Assembly (NCBI GenBank): GCA_025774935.1
Contig: JALGZK010000017.1
Span: forward strand, 3,308-67,307
From: a bacterium
GTDB lineage: Bacteria > Joyebacterota > Joyebacteria > Joyebacterales > Joyebacteraceae
Direction: 5' to 3'
Length of the DNA stretch: 64,000 nucleotides
In this document: piece by piece, positions 49,555-59,680 of the stretch
Position numbering within the stretch: position 1 is the stretch's first letter
How the letters are laid out: each line of letters begins with the position of its first letter
Notes under the pieces: model-generated
Told to the model about the DNA's origin: nothing
Databases searched by the model: none
Seen by the model: only the letters and a program-made list of their open reading frames with translations
Position numbers and translations under genes: made by a program

Positions 49555-51408
49555 CTACTCGATCTTGATCGCGTCGAACTTGCAGGACTCGAAGCAGATG
49601 CCGCACTTGATGCACTCGTCCTGGTCGATCGCGTGGACCTTCTTGGGCTCGCCCTCGATGCACTCCTGCGGGCACTTCTTCGCGCATACGGTGCAGCCGG
49701 TGCAGGCGTCGGCGATCACGCTGTACGTGACGAGCGCCTTGCAGACCCCGGCCGGGCAGCGCTTCTCCTCGATGTGCGCGCGGTACTCGTCCTTGAAGTA
49801 CCGGAGGGTCGTCAGGACCGGGTTCTGCGCGGTCGAGCCGAGCTGGCAGAGAGCGGTCTGTTCGAGACCCCACGAGAGGTACTCGAGCTCGTCGATGTGC
49901 CTGGCCTCCCCGTTTCCGTCGCAGATGTCTGAGAGTATCGCGTGCATCTGGCGAAGGCCCTCGCGGCACGGGGTGCACTTCCCGCACGACTCGTCCTTCA
50001 GAAACCCGACGAAGTACTTCGCGATGTCGACCATGCAGTTCCTGTCGTCCATCACGATCATGCCGCCCGAGCCCATCATCGATCCCGCCTCGGTGAGGCG
50101 GTCGAAGTCGACCTCGAGGTCGAGGAGGTCGGCCGGGATGCAGCCCCCGGAGGGCCCTCCCGTCTGGACCGCCTTGAACTCGCGCCCGCCGCGGATGCCG
50201 CCGCCGATGTCGTCGACGATCTCGCGGAGCGTGACGCCCATCGGGACCTCGACGAGACCGGTGTTCACGACTTTGCCCACGAGCGAGAAGATCTTCGTGC
50301 CCTTGCTCCCCTCGGTTCCGATCTCGGCGAACCAGTCTGCGCCCTTGTCGACGATCAGGGGCACGTTCGCCCAAGTCTCGACGTTGTTGAGGACCGTCGG
50401 GCGCATGCGGAGCCCGCGCTCCACCGTGTGGATGTGCTTCGGCCTCGGCTCGCCTGGGCGTCCCTCGATCGACGCCATGAGCGCGGTCGATTCGCCGCAG
50501 ACGAACGCGCCGCCCCCGCGCGCCACCGACACGTCGAACGCGAACCCTGTGCCGAGGATGTTCTCTCCGAGGAGCCCCGCCGCGCGCGCGTCGTCGAGGG
50601 CGCGGGTGAAGTTCGCGACCGCGAGCGGGTACTCCTCGCGGACGTAGATGTAGCCCTCGTTCACTCCGAGGGCGAACGCGCCGATCACCATCCCTTCGAG
50701 GACGCTGTGCGGGTTACCCTCGAGGATGCTCCTGTCCATGTACGCGCCGGGGTCGCCCTCGTCCGCGTTGCAGATGAGGTAGCGCGTGTCCCCGGGCGCC
50801 TTCAGGCACGACTCCCACTTCTTCCCGGTCGGGAAGCCCCCGCCGCCCCTCCCGCGGAGACCTGACGACTTCACGGCCGCCACGATCTCGTCGGGCATCA
50901 TCGAGCCGAGCGCCTTCGCCAGCGGCGCGTATCCACCGATCGCGACGTAGTCCTCGATGCTCGTGGGATCGAGAACGCCGTTCCTGCCGAGGATGAGCCG
51001 CGTCTGGTGCTTGTAGAACGGAACGTCCTCCTCGCGGACGATCTTCTCGCCGGACGCGGAGTCGACGTAGAGGAGCCGCTCGACGAGACCGTCGCCCACG
51101 ACGGATGTTTCGACGACCTCAGGAACGTCCTCGGGCTTGACCTGCTGGTAGAGCGTGCCGCCGGGCTGGATGACGACGAGCGGTCCCCTCTCGCAGAACC
51201 CGTGGCACCCCGTCGTCAGCACGCGGACCTTCGACGCGAGGCCTCGCGATTCGACCTCCTCACGGAACGCCTCCGCGACCTTCCCGCCGCCGCATGCGAT
51301 GCAGCCGGTACCGCAGCAGACCGCGACCACGCGCGCGCCCGGATCCCGCTCCTTCAGGATCTCCTTCCGCGCCTTGTCGAGGTCTGCGATGTCCTTGACG
51401 TGCCTCAT
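49555..51408 (-). CDS. NuoF/HndC-like NAD(H)-binding flavoprotein with N-terminal thioredoxin-like 2Fe-2S and C-terminal 2x[4Fe-4S] domains
   Basis: ATG 51406-51408 after GGAAGGAAC. GRGGGGFPTGKKW NADH/FMN motif, ESCGKCTPCREG, C-terminal CTGCTVCAKKCP / CIKCGICFESC. Confidence 0.85.
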   Translation of the reverse strand: MRHVKDIADLDKARKEILKERDPGARVVAVCCGTGCIACGGGKVAEAFREEVESRGLASKVRVLTTGCHGFCERGPLVVIQPGGTLYQQVKPEDVPEVVETSVVGDGLVERLLYVDSASGEKIVREEDVPFYKHQTRLILGRNGVLDPTSIEDYVAIGGYAPLAKALGSMMPDEIVAAVKSSGLRGRGGGGFPTGKKWESCLKAPGDTRYLICNADEGDPGAYMDRSILEGNPHSVLEGMVIGAFALGVNEGYIYVREEYPLAVANFTRALDDARAAGLLGENILGTGFAFDVSVARGGGAFVCGESTALMASIEGRPGEPRPKHIHTVERGLRMRPTVLNNVETWANVPLIVDKGADWFAEIGTEGSKGTKIFSLVGKVVNTGLVEVPMGVTLREIVDDIGGGIRGGREFKAVQTGGPSGGCIPADLLDLEVDFDRLTEAGSMMGSGGMIVMDDRNCMVDIAKYFVGFLKDESCGKCTPCREGLRQMHAILSDICDGNGEARHIDELEYLSWGLEQTALCQLGSTAQNPVLTTLRYFKDEYRAHIEEKRCPAGVCKALVTYSVIADACTGCTVCAKKCPQECIEGEPKKVHAIDQDECIKCGICFESCKFDAIKIE

Positions 51409-51457
51409 GCTGTTCCTTCCGTGTGGTCTGTCGTCCGCCGCCCGGACGGAGCGCTGG

Positions 51458-52801
51458 TCACGCGCCCGCGTGGGCCGCGAAGACGTCGTCGGTCCCACCG
51501 GGTGCCACGGAGTGGTACTCGTTGTCCATCACGACCACCGGGCCGAGCGCGCAGCATCCCAGGCAGTTCACCGTGAGAAGAGTGTAGGCGAGGTCGTCGG
51601 TCGTCTCTCCCGGACCGATCCCGAGCCGGCGCTCTAACTCTTCGAGCACGCGCACCGCGCCGCGCGCGTGGCAGGCGGTGCCCATGCAGACCTTGATGAT
51701 CTGTTTCCCGCGAGGCTCGAGGCTGAACGAGGTGTAGAACGACGCCACGTGGTAGATCGTCGCCGGCGGGATGCCGAGCCGGAACGACACGTACTTGAGC
51801 GCGTCGACCGGCAGGTAGTTGTACTCGATGTTCACGTCCTGGAGGATCTGGATGAGCTCCTCCGCGTCTGCGCCGTGCTCCGCGATGATCTCGTCGAGCT
51901 TCCCCCGGTCTCCATCCGCGAGGTCGCGTGGGATGCCCGGCGGCTCGCGGAGCTGCGGCACGTTCCTAATCGGACACTCGGCGTAGCAGAGCCCGCAGTT
52001 CGTGCACTTGTCGATGTCGACGTAGCGCGCCTTCCTCGTGATGGTCGCCGTGAAGTTCCCGATGTACCCCTCGGTCTCCTTGATCTCGGAGTAGGTCATG
52101 AGGTCGATGTTCGGGTGCCTCCCTGCGTCGACCATCTTCGGGGTCAGGATGCAGGCCGAGCAGTCGAGCGTCGGGAACGTCTTGTCCAGCTGCGCCATGC
52201 GTCCGCCGATCGTCGCGTCCTTCTCGACGAGGTGGACGCGGTACCCCGCCTCGGCGATGTCGAGCGCGGACTGGATGCCCGCGATGCCGCCGCCCACGAC
52301 CAGCGCCTCCGGGATGACGGGGACCTCCCGCTCGATGAGGGGCTTCAAGTGCGTCGCCCGCGCGGCCGCGGCCCGGACGAGGTCGATCGCCTTCTCGGTC
52401 GCCGCCTCCGGGTCCTCGGTGATCCACGAGCACTGCTCGCGGATGTTGGCCATATCGAAGAGGTACTGGTTCACGCCGGCGTCGGCGAGGGCCGCCCGGA
52501 AGGTCGGCTCGTGCATCCTCGGAGAGCACGCGGCGACAACGACCGCCGTGAGATCGTTCTTCTCGATGTCTTCCTTGATGAGCGTCTGGCCGGGGTCGGA
52601 GCACATGTACGGGTAGGTCTTCGAGACGACGACGTTCGGGAACGTCGACGCGACCTCCGCCACCCTCCTCACGTCAACCATGTAGGCGATGTTGATCCCG
52701 CAGTGGCAGACGTAGACGCCGACCCTGGGTTCCCTCTCGAGAGCGGGCCCGGCGTTTCTCGTCCCGCCGCCTTCCGCCGGCGAGCGGTCTTCCTTGGCCA
52801 T
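51458..52801 (-). CDS. Fusion: N-terminal half of HdrA (Cys cluster + FAD-binding Rossmann) + C-terminal NuoE-like thioredoxin-fold 2Fe-2S domain
   Basis: VYVCHCGINIA, VVGGGIAGIQSALDIA (FAD), CTNCGLCYAECP, then NuoE-like VCMGTACHARG ... CLGCCALGPVVVMD. AAGGAG RBS. Confidence 0.75.
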   Translation of the reverse strand: MAKEDRSPAEGGGTRNAGPALEREPRVGVYVCHCGINIAYMVDVRRVAEVASTFPNVVVSKTYPYMCSDPGQTLIKEDIEKNDLTAVVVAACSPRMHEPTFRAALADAGVNQYLFDMANIREQCSWITEDPEAATEKAIDLVRAAAARATHLKPLIEREVPVIPEALVVGGGIAGIQSALDIAEAGYRVHLVEKDATIGGRMAQLDKTFPTLDCSACILTPKMVDAGRHPNIDLMTYSEIKETEGYIGNFTATITRKARYVDIDKCTNCGLCYAECPIRNVPQLREPPGIPRDLADGDRGKLDEIIAEHGADAEELIQILQDVNIEYNYLPVDALKYVSFRLGIPPATIYHVASFYTSFSLEPRGKQIIKVCMGTACHARGAVRVLEELERRLGIGPGETTDDLAYTLLTVNCLGCCALGPVVVMDNEYHSVAPGGTDDVFAAHAGA

Positions 52802-52837
52802 TCGTGTCTCCTTCGAAGCGCGAAGGCCGCGCCCGTT

Positions 52838-53812
52838 CTAGGCGCGGAGCTCGGTGATCTTCTCGGTCAGGGCCGGAACGACCTTCATGAGGTCGCCCAC
52901 GATGCCGTAGTGCGCCGCCTGGAAGATGGGGGCCTTCGGGTCCTTGTTGATCGCGACGATGGTCTCGGCGGACTTCATGCCGGCCACGTGCTGGAACTGC
53001 CCGGAGACGCCGATCGCGACGTAGAGTTTCGGCTTGACGGTCTTCCCGGACGAACCGACCTGACGGTCCTTCGGGAGCCACCCGGCGTCGACGACTGGGC
53101 GCGAGCACGCGACGACCCCGCCCAGGAGCTCGGCGAGGCCGGTGATCAAGGGCATGTTCTCCTCTTCCTTGATCCCTCGGCCGATGGCGATGACCACGTC
53201 CGACTTCGTGATGTCGACCTCGCCCGCGGCGGCCTCGACGTACTCGACGAACCGGCGGAACGCGGGCTCATCGGGGACCTCGGTGTCGAGGGCAACGACG
53301 CTCCCGCCGCGCGAGGCCTCCTCCGGTGCGAAGGCGGCGGGTCGAACCGTCACGAGGCTGATCGCGGCGCCGCCGAACCCCACCCGCTCGTTGACCTTCC
53401 CGCCGTACGTCTGCCGGGTCCCCACGAGGTCGGACCCTTCGACCGCGAGGTCGATGACGTCTGACGCGAGCGGGGCGTCGAGCGCGACCGCGAGGCTGGG
53501 AGCCAGGTCGACGCCGAACGCGGTGTGGCCGATCATAACGACCGACGGCTCCCGCCCCCGGATGACGTCGGCCAGAACCGGCTGATAGACTGCCGAGTTG
53601 TAGTGCGCGAACCCATCGTGATCGCGGACGAGGACCTCGTCGGCCTGCTGCGCGAGCCTCTCCGCGAGATCGCCAACGCCCGATCCGAGAAGGACCGCGG
53701 CGACCTTCGTCCCGGACGCGTCGGCCACTCCCCTCGCGTGCGCGAGCATCTCGAAGGTCACGTCCTTGAGTTCGCCGTTCAGGTGTTCAGCGAGGACAAG
53801 CACGTCGTTCAT
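52838..53812 (-). CDS. etfA: Electron transfer flavoprotein alpha subunit
   Basis: 324 aa EtfA fold, C-terminal FAD-binding [19 protein letters not shown]. Confidence 0.85.
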   Translation of the reverse strand: MNDVLVLAEHLNGELKDVTFEMLAHARGVADASGTKVAAVLLGSGVGDLAERLAQQADEVLVRDHDGFAHYNSAVYQPVLADVIRGREPSVVMIGHTAFGVDLAPSLAVALDAPLASDVIDLAVEGSDLVGTRQTYGGKVNERVGFGGAAISLVTVRPAAFAPEEASRGGSVVALDTEVPDEPAFRRFVEYVEAAAGEVDITKSDVVIAIGRGIKEEENMPLITGLAELLGGVVACSRPVVDAGWLPKDRQVGSSGKTVKPKLYVAIGVSGQFQHVAGMKSAETIVAINKDPKAPIFQAAHYGIVGDLMKVVPALTEKITELRA

Positions 53813-54601
53813 CTACGCGAATCCCTTCTCTTTGAGAACGTCGGCAAGCTTCGTGGACGCCTCGGCGGGCGTCCCGTCGAGGATCTCCGCACCCTCGCCG
53901 GCCGGCGGGTAGTCGAGTCCAAGGAGCGTCGTCTTCGAGCCCGCCTTCCCGGCCTCGGCGGTGTCGAGACCGAGGTCGGACGCGGCCTTCGTGTCGATGT
54001 CGCGCTTGGCCGCCTTCGCGATCCCCATGATCGAGGCGTAGCGGGGCTCGTTGATGCCGGTCTGGATCGTCACGACGGCGGGGAGCTTGATCTCGAGCTT
54101 CTCCAGGAGCCCGCCCTCGAGCTCGCGTCCGACGGTCACGGCGCCGTCGCCGATCTCCATCTCGGTGACGTACGTGGCGTGCGGCACGCCGAGCATCTCG
54201 GCGAGCGTGACGCCGACCTGGGTCATCCCGTCGTCCGACGCCATGCACCCTGTGAGAACCAGGTCGTACTCCATCCCGCCGATGGCCTTGGCGAGCGCGT
54301 TCGCCGTCGCCCACGCGTCCCCGCCATCGAACGCCGGGTCAGCGAGGCGGACCGCCTCGGTCGCGCCCTTCGCCATGCACATCCGGAGGACCTCCTCGGA
54401 GGAGTCCGGACCGAGCGTGATCACGGTGACCTCGCCGTCCCTGTCCTCCTTGATGAGGAGCGCCTCCTCGAGCGCGTAGTTGTCGGACTCGTTGATCTGG
54501 AGAGGAAGCCCCTCCATCTCGATGCCGCTCCCGTCTGAGGCGATCCTGACGTCGGCCTCGGCGGTGTCCGGCACCTGTTTCACGCATACGACGATGTTCA
54601 T
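53813..54601 (-). CDS. etfB: Electron transfer flavoprotein beta subunit
   Basis: ATG 54599-54601 (MNIVVCVKQVPDT). Confidence 0.85.
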   Translation of the reverse strand: MNIVVCVKQVPDTAEADVRIASDGSGIEMEGLPLQINESDNYALEEALLIKEDRDGEVTVITLGPDSSEEVLRMCMAKGATEAVRLADPAFDGGDAWATANALAKAIGGMEYDLVLTGCMASDDGMTQVGVTLAEMLGVPHATYVTEMEIGDGAVTVGRELEGGLLEKLEIKLPAVVTIQTGINEPRYASIMGIAKAAKRDIDTKAASDLGLDTAEAGKAGSKTTLLGLDYPPAGEGAEILDGTPAEASTKLADVLKEKGFA

Positions 54602-54659
54602 GCGTTCGGTCTCCTCCTGTCGGGCCGGAGGGGCGAAGAGCCCTCCCGTCCCAGGGCTG

Positions 54660-55781
54660 CTAGAGCGCCATCGCGGCGAGCTCGGCGAGGTCGAGTATCT
54701 CGATCTTCCCCTCGCAGCCACTCGTCTTCACCGCGTCCTCGAGGGTCAGGAGGCAGAACGGACACGCGGTCACGAGTGTGTCCGCTCCGAGCTCGACGGC
54801 GTCCTTGACCCGCGTGTCGGCGAGACGCTCGCCCCTCTCGTCCTCCGCCTCGACCCACATCCTCCCGCCGCCGCCTTCGCAGCAGAGGGCGCGCTCGCGG
54901 GAACGGTCGAGGTCCTCGAACTCGACACCCGAGATGCGTTCGATCACGCTCCGGGGCTCGTCGAAGATCGCGTTGTGCTTCCCGAGGAAGCAGGGGTCGT
55001 GGTACGTCACCTTCCGCTCCACGCTTCCCTTGAACGCGAGCTTCCCTTCGTCGAGAAGCCCCGCGAGGTACTGCGAGTAGTGCACGACCTCGTCCGCGAC
55101 GCCGCCGTACTCGTTCAGGAGCGTGTTCATGCAGTGGGGCGAGCTCGTCACGACCGCGTCGATCGAGTGGCTGGCGAACGCTTCTCGGTTCCCCTCGACG
55201 AGAAGCTCGAAGAGCCCCTCCTCTCCCATCCGCTTGACCTCGTTCCCGCAGCACGACTCGGCTGCGCCCAGGGTCGAGTAGCCGACGCCGGCCGCCTCGT
55301 AGAGACGGACGAGCGCCCGGGCGACGTCCTGGCACCGGGGATCGTAGGCCGGCGTGCACCCGACGTACCAGAGGAGCGGGACGGCGTCGCCGTCTCCCGC
55401 GACCGGAACGTCGAGTTCGTCTGCCCACTCGGTCCTCTTCTCCCTGCCCCGGCCCCACGGGTTCCCGTGCTTGAACGTGCTCTCGAGCGCGTCCCTGATC
55501 GTAGGCGAGACCTTCCCCCGCTCGATCGAGGAACCGCGAAGCCCAATCAGAAGTTCCATGGGCTTCACGCCCTTCGGGCAGCGCTCCGTGCACGTCGCGC
55601 ACGTGGTGCAGCTCCAGGCCTCCGGACGTTCGTGCGCGCCCTTCGGGGCCGGCCCGATGAGCCCGTCGTAGACGACCTTCCGCACATTCAGATACGTGCG
55701 GAGCGACACCGGGCAACCCGCCGTGCACCTCCCGCACTGGATGCAGCCGAGGAGCTCGTACTTGTCAGCAAGTGATGGCAT
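54660..55781 (-). CDS. HdrD/GlcF-like Fe-S oxidoreductase (2x[4Fe-4S] + two CCG cysteine-rich domains), ETF-associated
   Basis: CIQCGRCTAGCP, CTTCATCTERCP, CCG domains (ESCCGNE, CCEGGGG). Confidence 0.75.
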   Translation of the reverse strand: MPSLADKYELLGCIQCGRCTAGCPVSLRTYLNVRKVVYDGLIGPAPKGAHERPEAWSCTTCATCTERCPKGVKPMELLIGLRGSSIERGKVSPTIRDALESTFKHGNPWGRGREKRTEWADELDVPVAGDGDAVPLLWYVGCTPAYDPRCQDVARALVRLYEAAGVGYSTLGAAESCCGNEVKRMGEEGLFELLVEGNREAFASHSIDAVVTSSPHCMNTLLNEYGGVADEVVHYSQYLAGLLDEGKLAFKGSVERKVTYHDPCFLGKHNAIFDEPRSVIERISGVEFEDLDRSRERALCCEGGGGRMWVEAEDERGERLADTRVKDAVELGADTLVTACPFCLLTLEDAVKTSGCEGKIEILDLAELAAMAL

Positions 55782-55830
55782 GTGTCAGCACCGGTCCTGT
55801 GGTGGTTGCTGTTCGTCCCGCCCGGGCGAG

Positions 55831-56973
55831 CTACTTGAGCTCGTTCCGCGCGATGACGAGCTTCTGGATCTGGCTCGTCCCCTCGTAGATCTCGATGATC
55901 TTCGCGTCCCTGTACATCCTCTCGACGGCGTACTCCTTCGAGTAACCGTAGCCGCCGTGAATCTGGACGGCCTTCCTCGTCACGTCGACCACGATCTCCG
56001 CGGCGAAGTACTTCGCCATCGCGGCCTCGCGCGTGAACCTCTTGGCGCCAGCGTCCTTCATCGAGGCGGACCGGTAGACGAGGAGCCTCGCGGCGTCGAT
56101 CTTGGTCGCCATGTCGGCGATCATGTCCTGGATCATCTCGAACTCGGCGATGGGCTTCCCGAACTGCTGCCGCTCCTTCGCGTACTTCACCGAGGCGTCC
56201 AGGGCGCCCTGCGCGATGCCGACTCCCTGCGCGCCGATGTCGATCCTCGAGACGTCCAGCGTGGTCATGACGACCTTGAACCCCTGCCCCTCCTCACCCA
56301 GCAGGTTCTCCTTCGGGACCATGCAGTCGTCGAAGATGAGTTCGGTGTTGCCGGTGGCGCGGATGCCCATGAGGTTCTCGTGCTTCCCGATCGAGAACCC
56401 CGGGAAGTCCTTCTCGACGATGAAGGTGCTCATCCCCTTGTGCCGGGCGGAAGGGTCGGTGTACGCGAACACGATGAAGAGCCCCGCCGCCTCCGCATTC
56501 GTGATCCAGCACTTCGTCCCGTTCAGCCTGTAGTGGTCGCCCTCGAGGACCGCGGTCGTCTCCATCGACGCGGGGTCCGACCCGGCGTTCGGCTCGGTGA
56601 TGCCGATGGCGCCGAGCGCCTTCCCGGACGCGAGCATCGGGAGGTACTTCTTCTTCTGCTCCTCGGTCCCGAACTGGAAGATCGGGAACGTGGCGAGCGA
56701 GTTATTCACCGCGGTGATCACGCCGGTCGAAGCGCAGACCCGCGAGATCTCCTCGACGATGATCGCGAGCGTGGTGAAGTCCATTCCCGCTCCGCCGTAC
56801 TCCTCGGGAATCACGACGCCGAGGAGCCCCAGCTCCGCCATCTTCTTCATGGTCGCGTGAGGGAACTCGCGAGACTCGTCGATCTCCGCGGCGATGGGCT
56901 CGATCTCGTTCATGGCGAACTCGCGCACCATGTCGCGGACCATCTTTTGGTCCTGGCTCAAGCTGAAGTCCAT
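55831..56973 (-). CDS. Acyl-CoA dehydrogenase (butyryl-CoA dehydrogenase-like), ETF-partnered
   Basis: 380 aa ACAD. Confidence 0.85.
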   Translation of the reverse strand: MDFSLSQDQKMVRDMVREFAMNEIEPIAAEIDESREFPHATMKKMAELGLLGVVIPEEYGGAGMDFTTLAIIVEEISRVCASTGVITAVNNSLATFPIFQFGTEEQKKKYLPMLASGKALGAIGITEPNAGSDPASMETTAVLEGDHYRLNGTKCWITNAEAAGLFIVFAYTDPSARHKGMSTFIVEKDFPGFSIGKHENLMGIRATGNTELIFDDCMVPKENLLGEEGQGFKVVMTTLDVSRIDIGAQGVGIAQGALDASVKYAKERQQFGKPIAEFEMIQDMIADMATKIDAARLLVYRSASMKDAGAKRFTREAAMAKYFAAEIVVDVTRKAVQIHGGYGYSKEYAVERMYRDAKIIEIYEGTSQIQKLVIARNELK

Positions 56974-57015
56974 TCCCTCGGGCTCCTTTCGTTTCCCGTG
57001 GAGGCGGACCGCGGT

Positions 57016-58056
57016 CTACTCGCCGCGCCCGCCCGAGCCGATCCTGTCGAGTACGTCCCTTGCGATCTCGTAGGGGGAACGGTGTCCCCTCGTAACGTCT
57101 CCCACCATTCCGTCGAGGCCGGCCTCGCCTCCCATCCGTTCGAGCAGCTGGCGTTCGAGAGCGTCGACCACGATCGCGCGGACCTGCGACTTGAAGTGCG
57201 CGCGGCGCCGCTCCTCGAAGAGCCCCGCCGACTTGAGGAACTCGCGGTGCGACTCGATGGCGGCCGCGAGCTCGGGGATGCCGTCGCCGGTCGTGGCCGT
57301 CGTCTGGACCACCGGGGGCGACCAGCCTGTGCCCTCGTCCTTGAGCGAGAGCATCGACTGAAGCTCCGCGACAGTCATCTCGGCGCCCTCGCGGTCCGCC
57401 TTGTTGACGACGAAGACCTCCCCGATCTCCATGAGCCCGGCCTTCATCGCCTGGATGCTGTCGCCCGACTCGGGCACGAGCACGATGACCGTCGTATCCG
57501 CGGCCTCCGCGATGTCGAGCTCCGACTGCCCGACCCCCACGGTTTCGAGGATGACGAAGTCGAGCCCGTAGGCGTCCATCGCGGCGGCGACGCTGGGGGC
57601 CGCTCGGGAGAGCCCCCCGAGCCCCCCTCGGGTCGCCATGCTCCTGATGAAGACACCCTCGCGGGTGCCGAGGCGCTGCATCCTGATGCGGTCGCCCAGG
57701 AGCGCCCCGCCGGTGAACGGGCTCGTCGGGTCGACGGCCACGATGCCGACGGAGCCCCCTGCGTCGAGATAGTGCCCTGTGAGCCCGTCGACGAGCGTGC
57801 TCTTGCCCGCCCCGGGCGGACCCGAGATCCCGATCCGGTAGGCGGAGCCGACGCTCGGGTAGACGGCATCGAGAAGCGCGTAGCCGCGTTCGTCCTCGTC
57901 CTCGATCCAGGAGATCGCTCTCGCGAGCGCGACGGTGTCTCCGCTCAACACCCGCTCGACGAGAACGTCGACGGCAACGTCCCTCACGTCGTCCCCCTCG
58001 GCCCGCCCTCTCGGCGGGCGCGGGTTAGAACTCGATCCCCTCGCGCGCCTCGACAC
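57016..58056 (-). CDS. meaB: MeaB/ArgK-type G-protein chaperone of B12-dependent mutases
   Basis: P-loop GPPGAGKST. Start may be the internal GTG. Confidence 0.8.
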   Translation of the reverse strand: MSRRARGSSSNPRPPRGRAEGDDVRDVAVDVLVERVLSGDTVALARAISWIEDEDERGYALLDAVYPSVGSAYRIGISGPPGAGKSTLVDGLTGHYLDAGGSVGIVAVDPTSPFTGGALLGDRIRMQRLGTREGVFIRSMATRGGLGGLSRAAPSVAAAMDAYGLDFVILETVGVGQSELDIAEAADTTVIVLVPESGDSIQAMKAGLMEIGEVFVVNKADREGAEMTVAELQSMLSLKDEGTGWSPPVVQTTATTGDGIPELAAAIESHREFLKSAGLFEERRRAHFKSQVRAIVVDALERQLLERMGGEAGLDGMVGDVTRGHRSPYEIARDVLDRIGSGGRGE

Positions 58057-58552
58057 CGGCGTCGTAGTGGTGCTTGATCTTCAGCACCTCACTCACGAGG
58101 TCGGCCACCATCACGATCTCCGGATGCGCCGACCGACCCGTGAGGACGAGCTCGACGTGCGGGGGGCGTTCCCCGATCAGCTCCAGCACCTGCTTCAGGC
58201 TGACGAGACCGAAGTCGAGGGCGACGTTGATCTCGTCGAGAACGACGAGGTCGTGCTCGCCGCCCGTGATGACCTCGCGCGCCCTCGCCAGGCCGGCCTG
58301 GGCGAGATCGACGTCGACCTGCGGCGGGTTCTGCTTGTCGACGAACTCGTCGCGGCCGGACTGCTCGATGACGAACCCCGACAGGGCGCGAGCCGAGTCG
58401 AGCTCCCCGTAGTTCGAGCTTCCCTTCATGAACTGGATCACGTAGACGCTGAGCCCGTGGCCGACGGCGCGGAGGGCCAGACCGAGCGCGGCGGTCGTCT
58501 TGCCCTTCCCGTCGCCGGTATAGACCTGCACGGTTCCGTGCCTCTCCGGCAC
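58025..58552 (-). CDS. cobO: Cob(I)alamin adenosyltransferase (CobO/BtuR family)
   Basis: VYTGDGKGKTTAALG P-loop, 175 aa. Confidence 0.8.
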   Translation of the reverse strand: MPERHGTVQVYTGDGKGKTTAALGLALRAVGHGLSVYVIQFMKGSSNYGELDSARALSGFVIEQSGRDEFVDKQNPPQVDVDLAQAGLARAREVITGGEHDLVVLDEINVALDFGLVSLKQVLELIGERPPHVELVLTGRSAHPEIVMVADLVSEVLKIKHHYDAGVEAREGIEF

Positions 58553-58806
58553 AGGCGCCTCCAGGAACGGGGTGGCTATCCGGCCTCAGAAGGCCTGGGA
58601 CTCGTTATCCGAGACGCGCGGGCGTCGGCGGGCGCCCGCGCGGGATGGCATGCTCTAGAGCCCCGAAATACTATCAGAAGCGGCGATTCCCGTCAAGAAG
58701 GAGTCCCATCTCCCCCCCCGGGCCGCGGGGACGTGCCCGATCGGCGACCATCGGCCGTTCTATGAATCTCTGTTCACTAGATTGTGCGAAGATGTCGAAA
58801 AAGTCC

Positions 58807-58836
58807 TTGCCATCCGGAGTCTGGAAGTGGTATGAT
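58807..58836 (+). promoter_or_regulatory. Sigma-70-like promoter (TTGCCA-N18-TATGAT) for paralog F, implying a ~280-nt 5' leader
   Basis: Lower-GC island. -35 at 58807-58812, -10 at 58831-58836. Confidence 0.4.
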
Positions 58837-59122
58837 AGCGACGTTGGAAGCTCCCCTGCTTTTCGAGGGGGAAGCCTCAGACGTATGACTGTACAGGCGG
58901 TGACAGAGCGGTCCCCGCGCGAGCGAGGGACTGTCGGCAGACAACATGCGCTGCAGCGAGAGCCGGCGGTTCCGTGCGGGGTCCGCAGGAATCGTACGAG
59001 TCACCTCAACTCAGCGCGTGTGATCCGGTGAAAGGAGGTGAGCGAGGGACACCGGATTCGCAGCAAGAGTGTGTTGTTCCGCGGAACTGAAGCCAGTGAG
59101 TTGAGAGTAGGAGGCGGGAGAG

Positions 59123-59647
59123 ATGAAGAAGCTGCTAATTGCTATTGCGATCCTCGCCATCGCGGCCCCGGCCATGGCTCGCGAGATCGAGGGCGCGTTC
59201 GTGGATCTGGTCGACCCGGCGGCGAATGAGCTCATCCCCGGTGCGACCATGACCCTGAAGTTCATCGTCCAGAACGATTCGAGTGACGCCGAATGGCTCA
59301 CCGACGTTCACATCGCGTTCCCCGACGGGTTCGTCCTCCACGAGAGCACGATGGCCTACGACATGATCGTGGCCGGCCGGCCGAGCTGGGACCAGTATGT
59401 CCCGCCGGTTGACCACACGGCCATCTGGGAGGACAACAACGGTGGCTGGGGCGAGGTCTACAGCACCGAGTTCACGCACGTCTACATCGACGTGACGATC
59501 CCCGACCAGCTCTACGGCTGCATCTACTGGTCGCTGTGGGGAGACGAGTACGGCGACGAGCCCCACTGGGTCTGCGGCTGCATCGACGTCGGCTTCAGCC
59601 CGGTCGAGGATGCGACGTGGGGTGCGATCAAGGCGATGTACAGGTAG
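59123..59647 (+). CDS. Small secreted protein, paralog family 2 (F), tail SPVEDATWGAIKAMYR
   Basis: GGAGG RBS, signal MKKLLIAIAILAIAAPAMA-RE. Mature domain unrelated to family 1 but same C-terminal 15 residues. Confidence 0.8.
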   Translation: MKKLLIAIAILAIAAPAMAREIEGAFVDLVDPAANELIPGATMTLKFIVQNDSSDAEWLTDVHIAFPDGFVLHESTMAYDMIVAGRPSWDQYVPPVDHTAIWEDNNGGWGEVYSTEFTHVYIDVTIPDQLYGCIYWSLWGDEYGDEPHWVCGCIDVGFSPVEDATWGAIKAMYR

Positions 59648-59680
59648 TCCGAGCGCTCAACAAGCAGTACTGCTTTCCGA

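Noticed and set aside
58645-59031. 128-aa ORF (and antisense 58777..59004) in the intergenic region upstream of paralog F
   Set aside because: Lies in a lower-GC promoter/leader region containing a good sigma-70 promoter, with no RBS or domain similarity. More likely untranslated leader.
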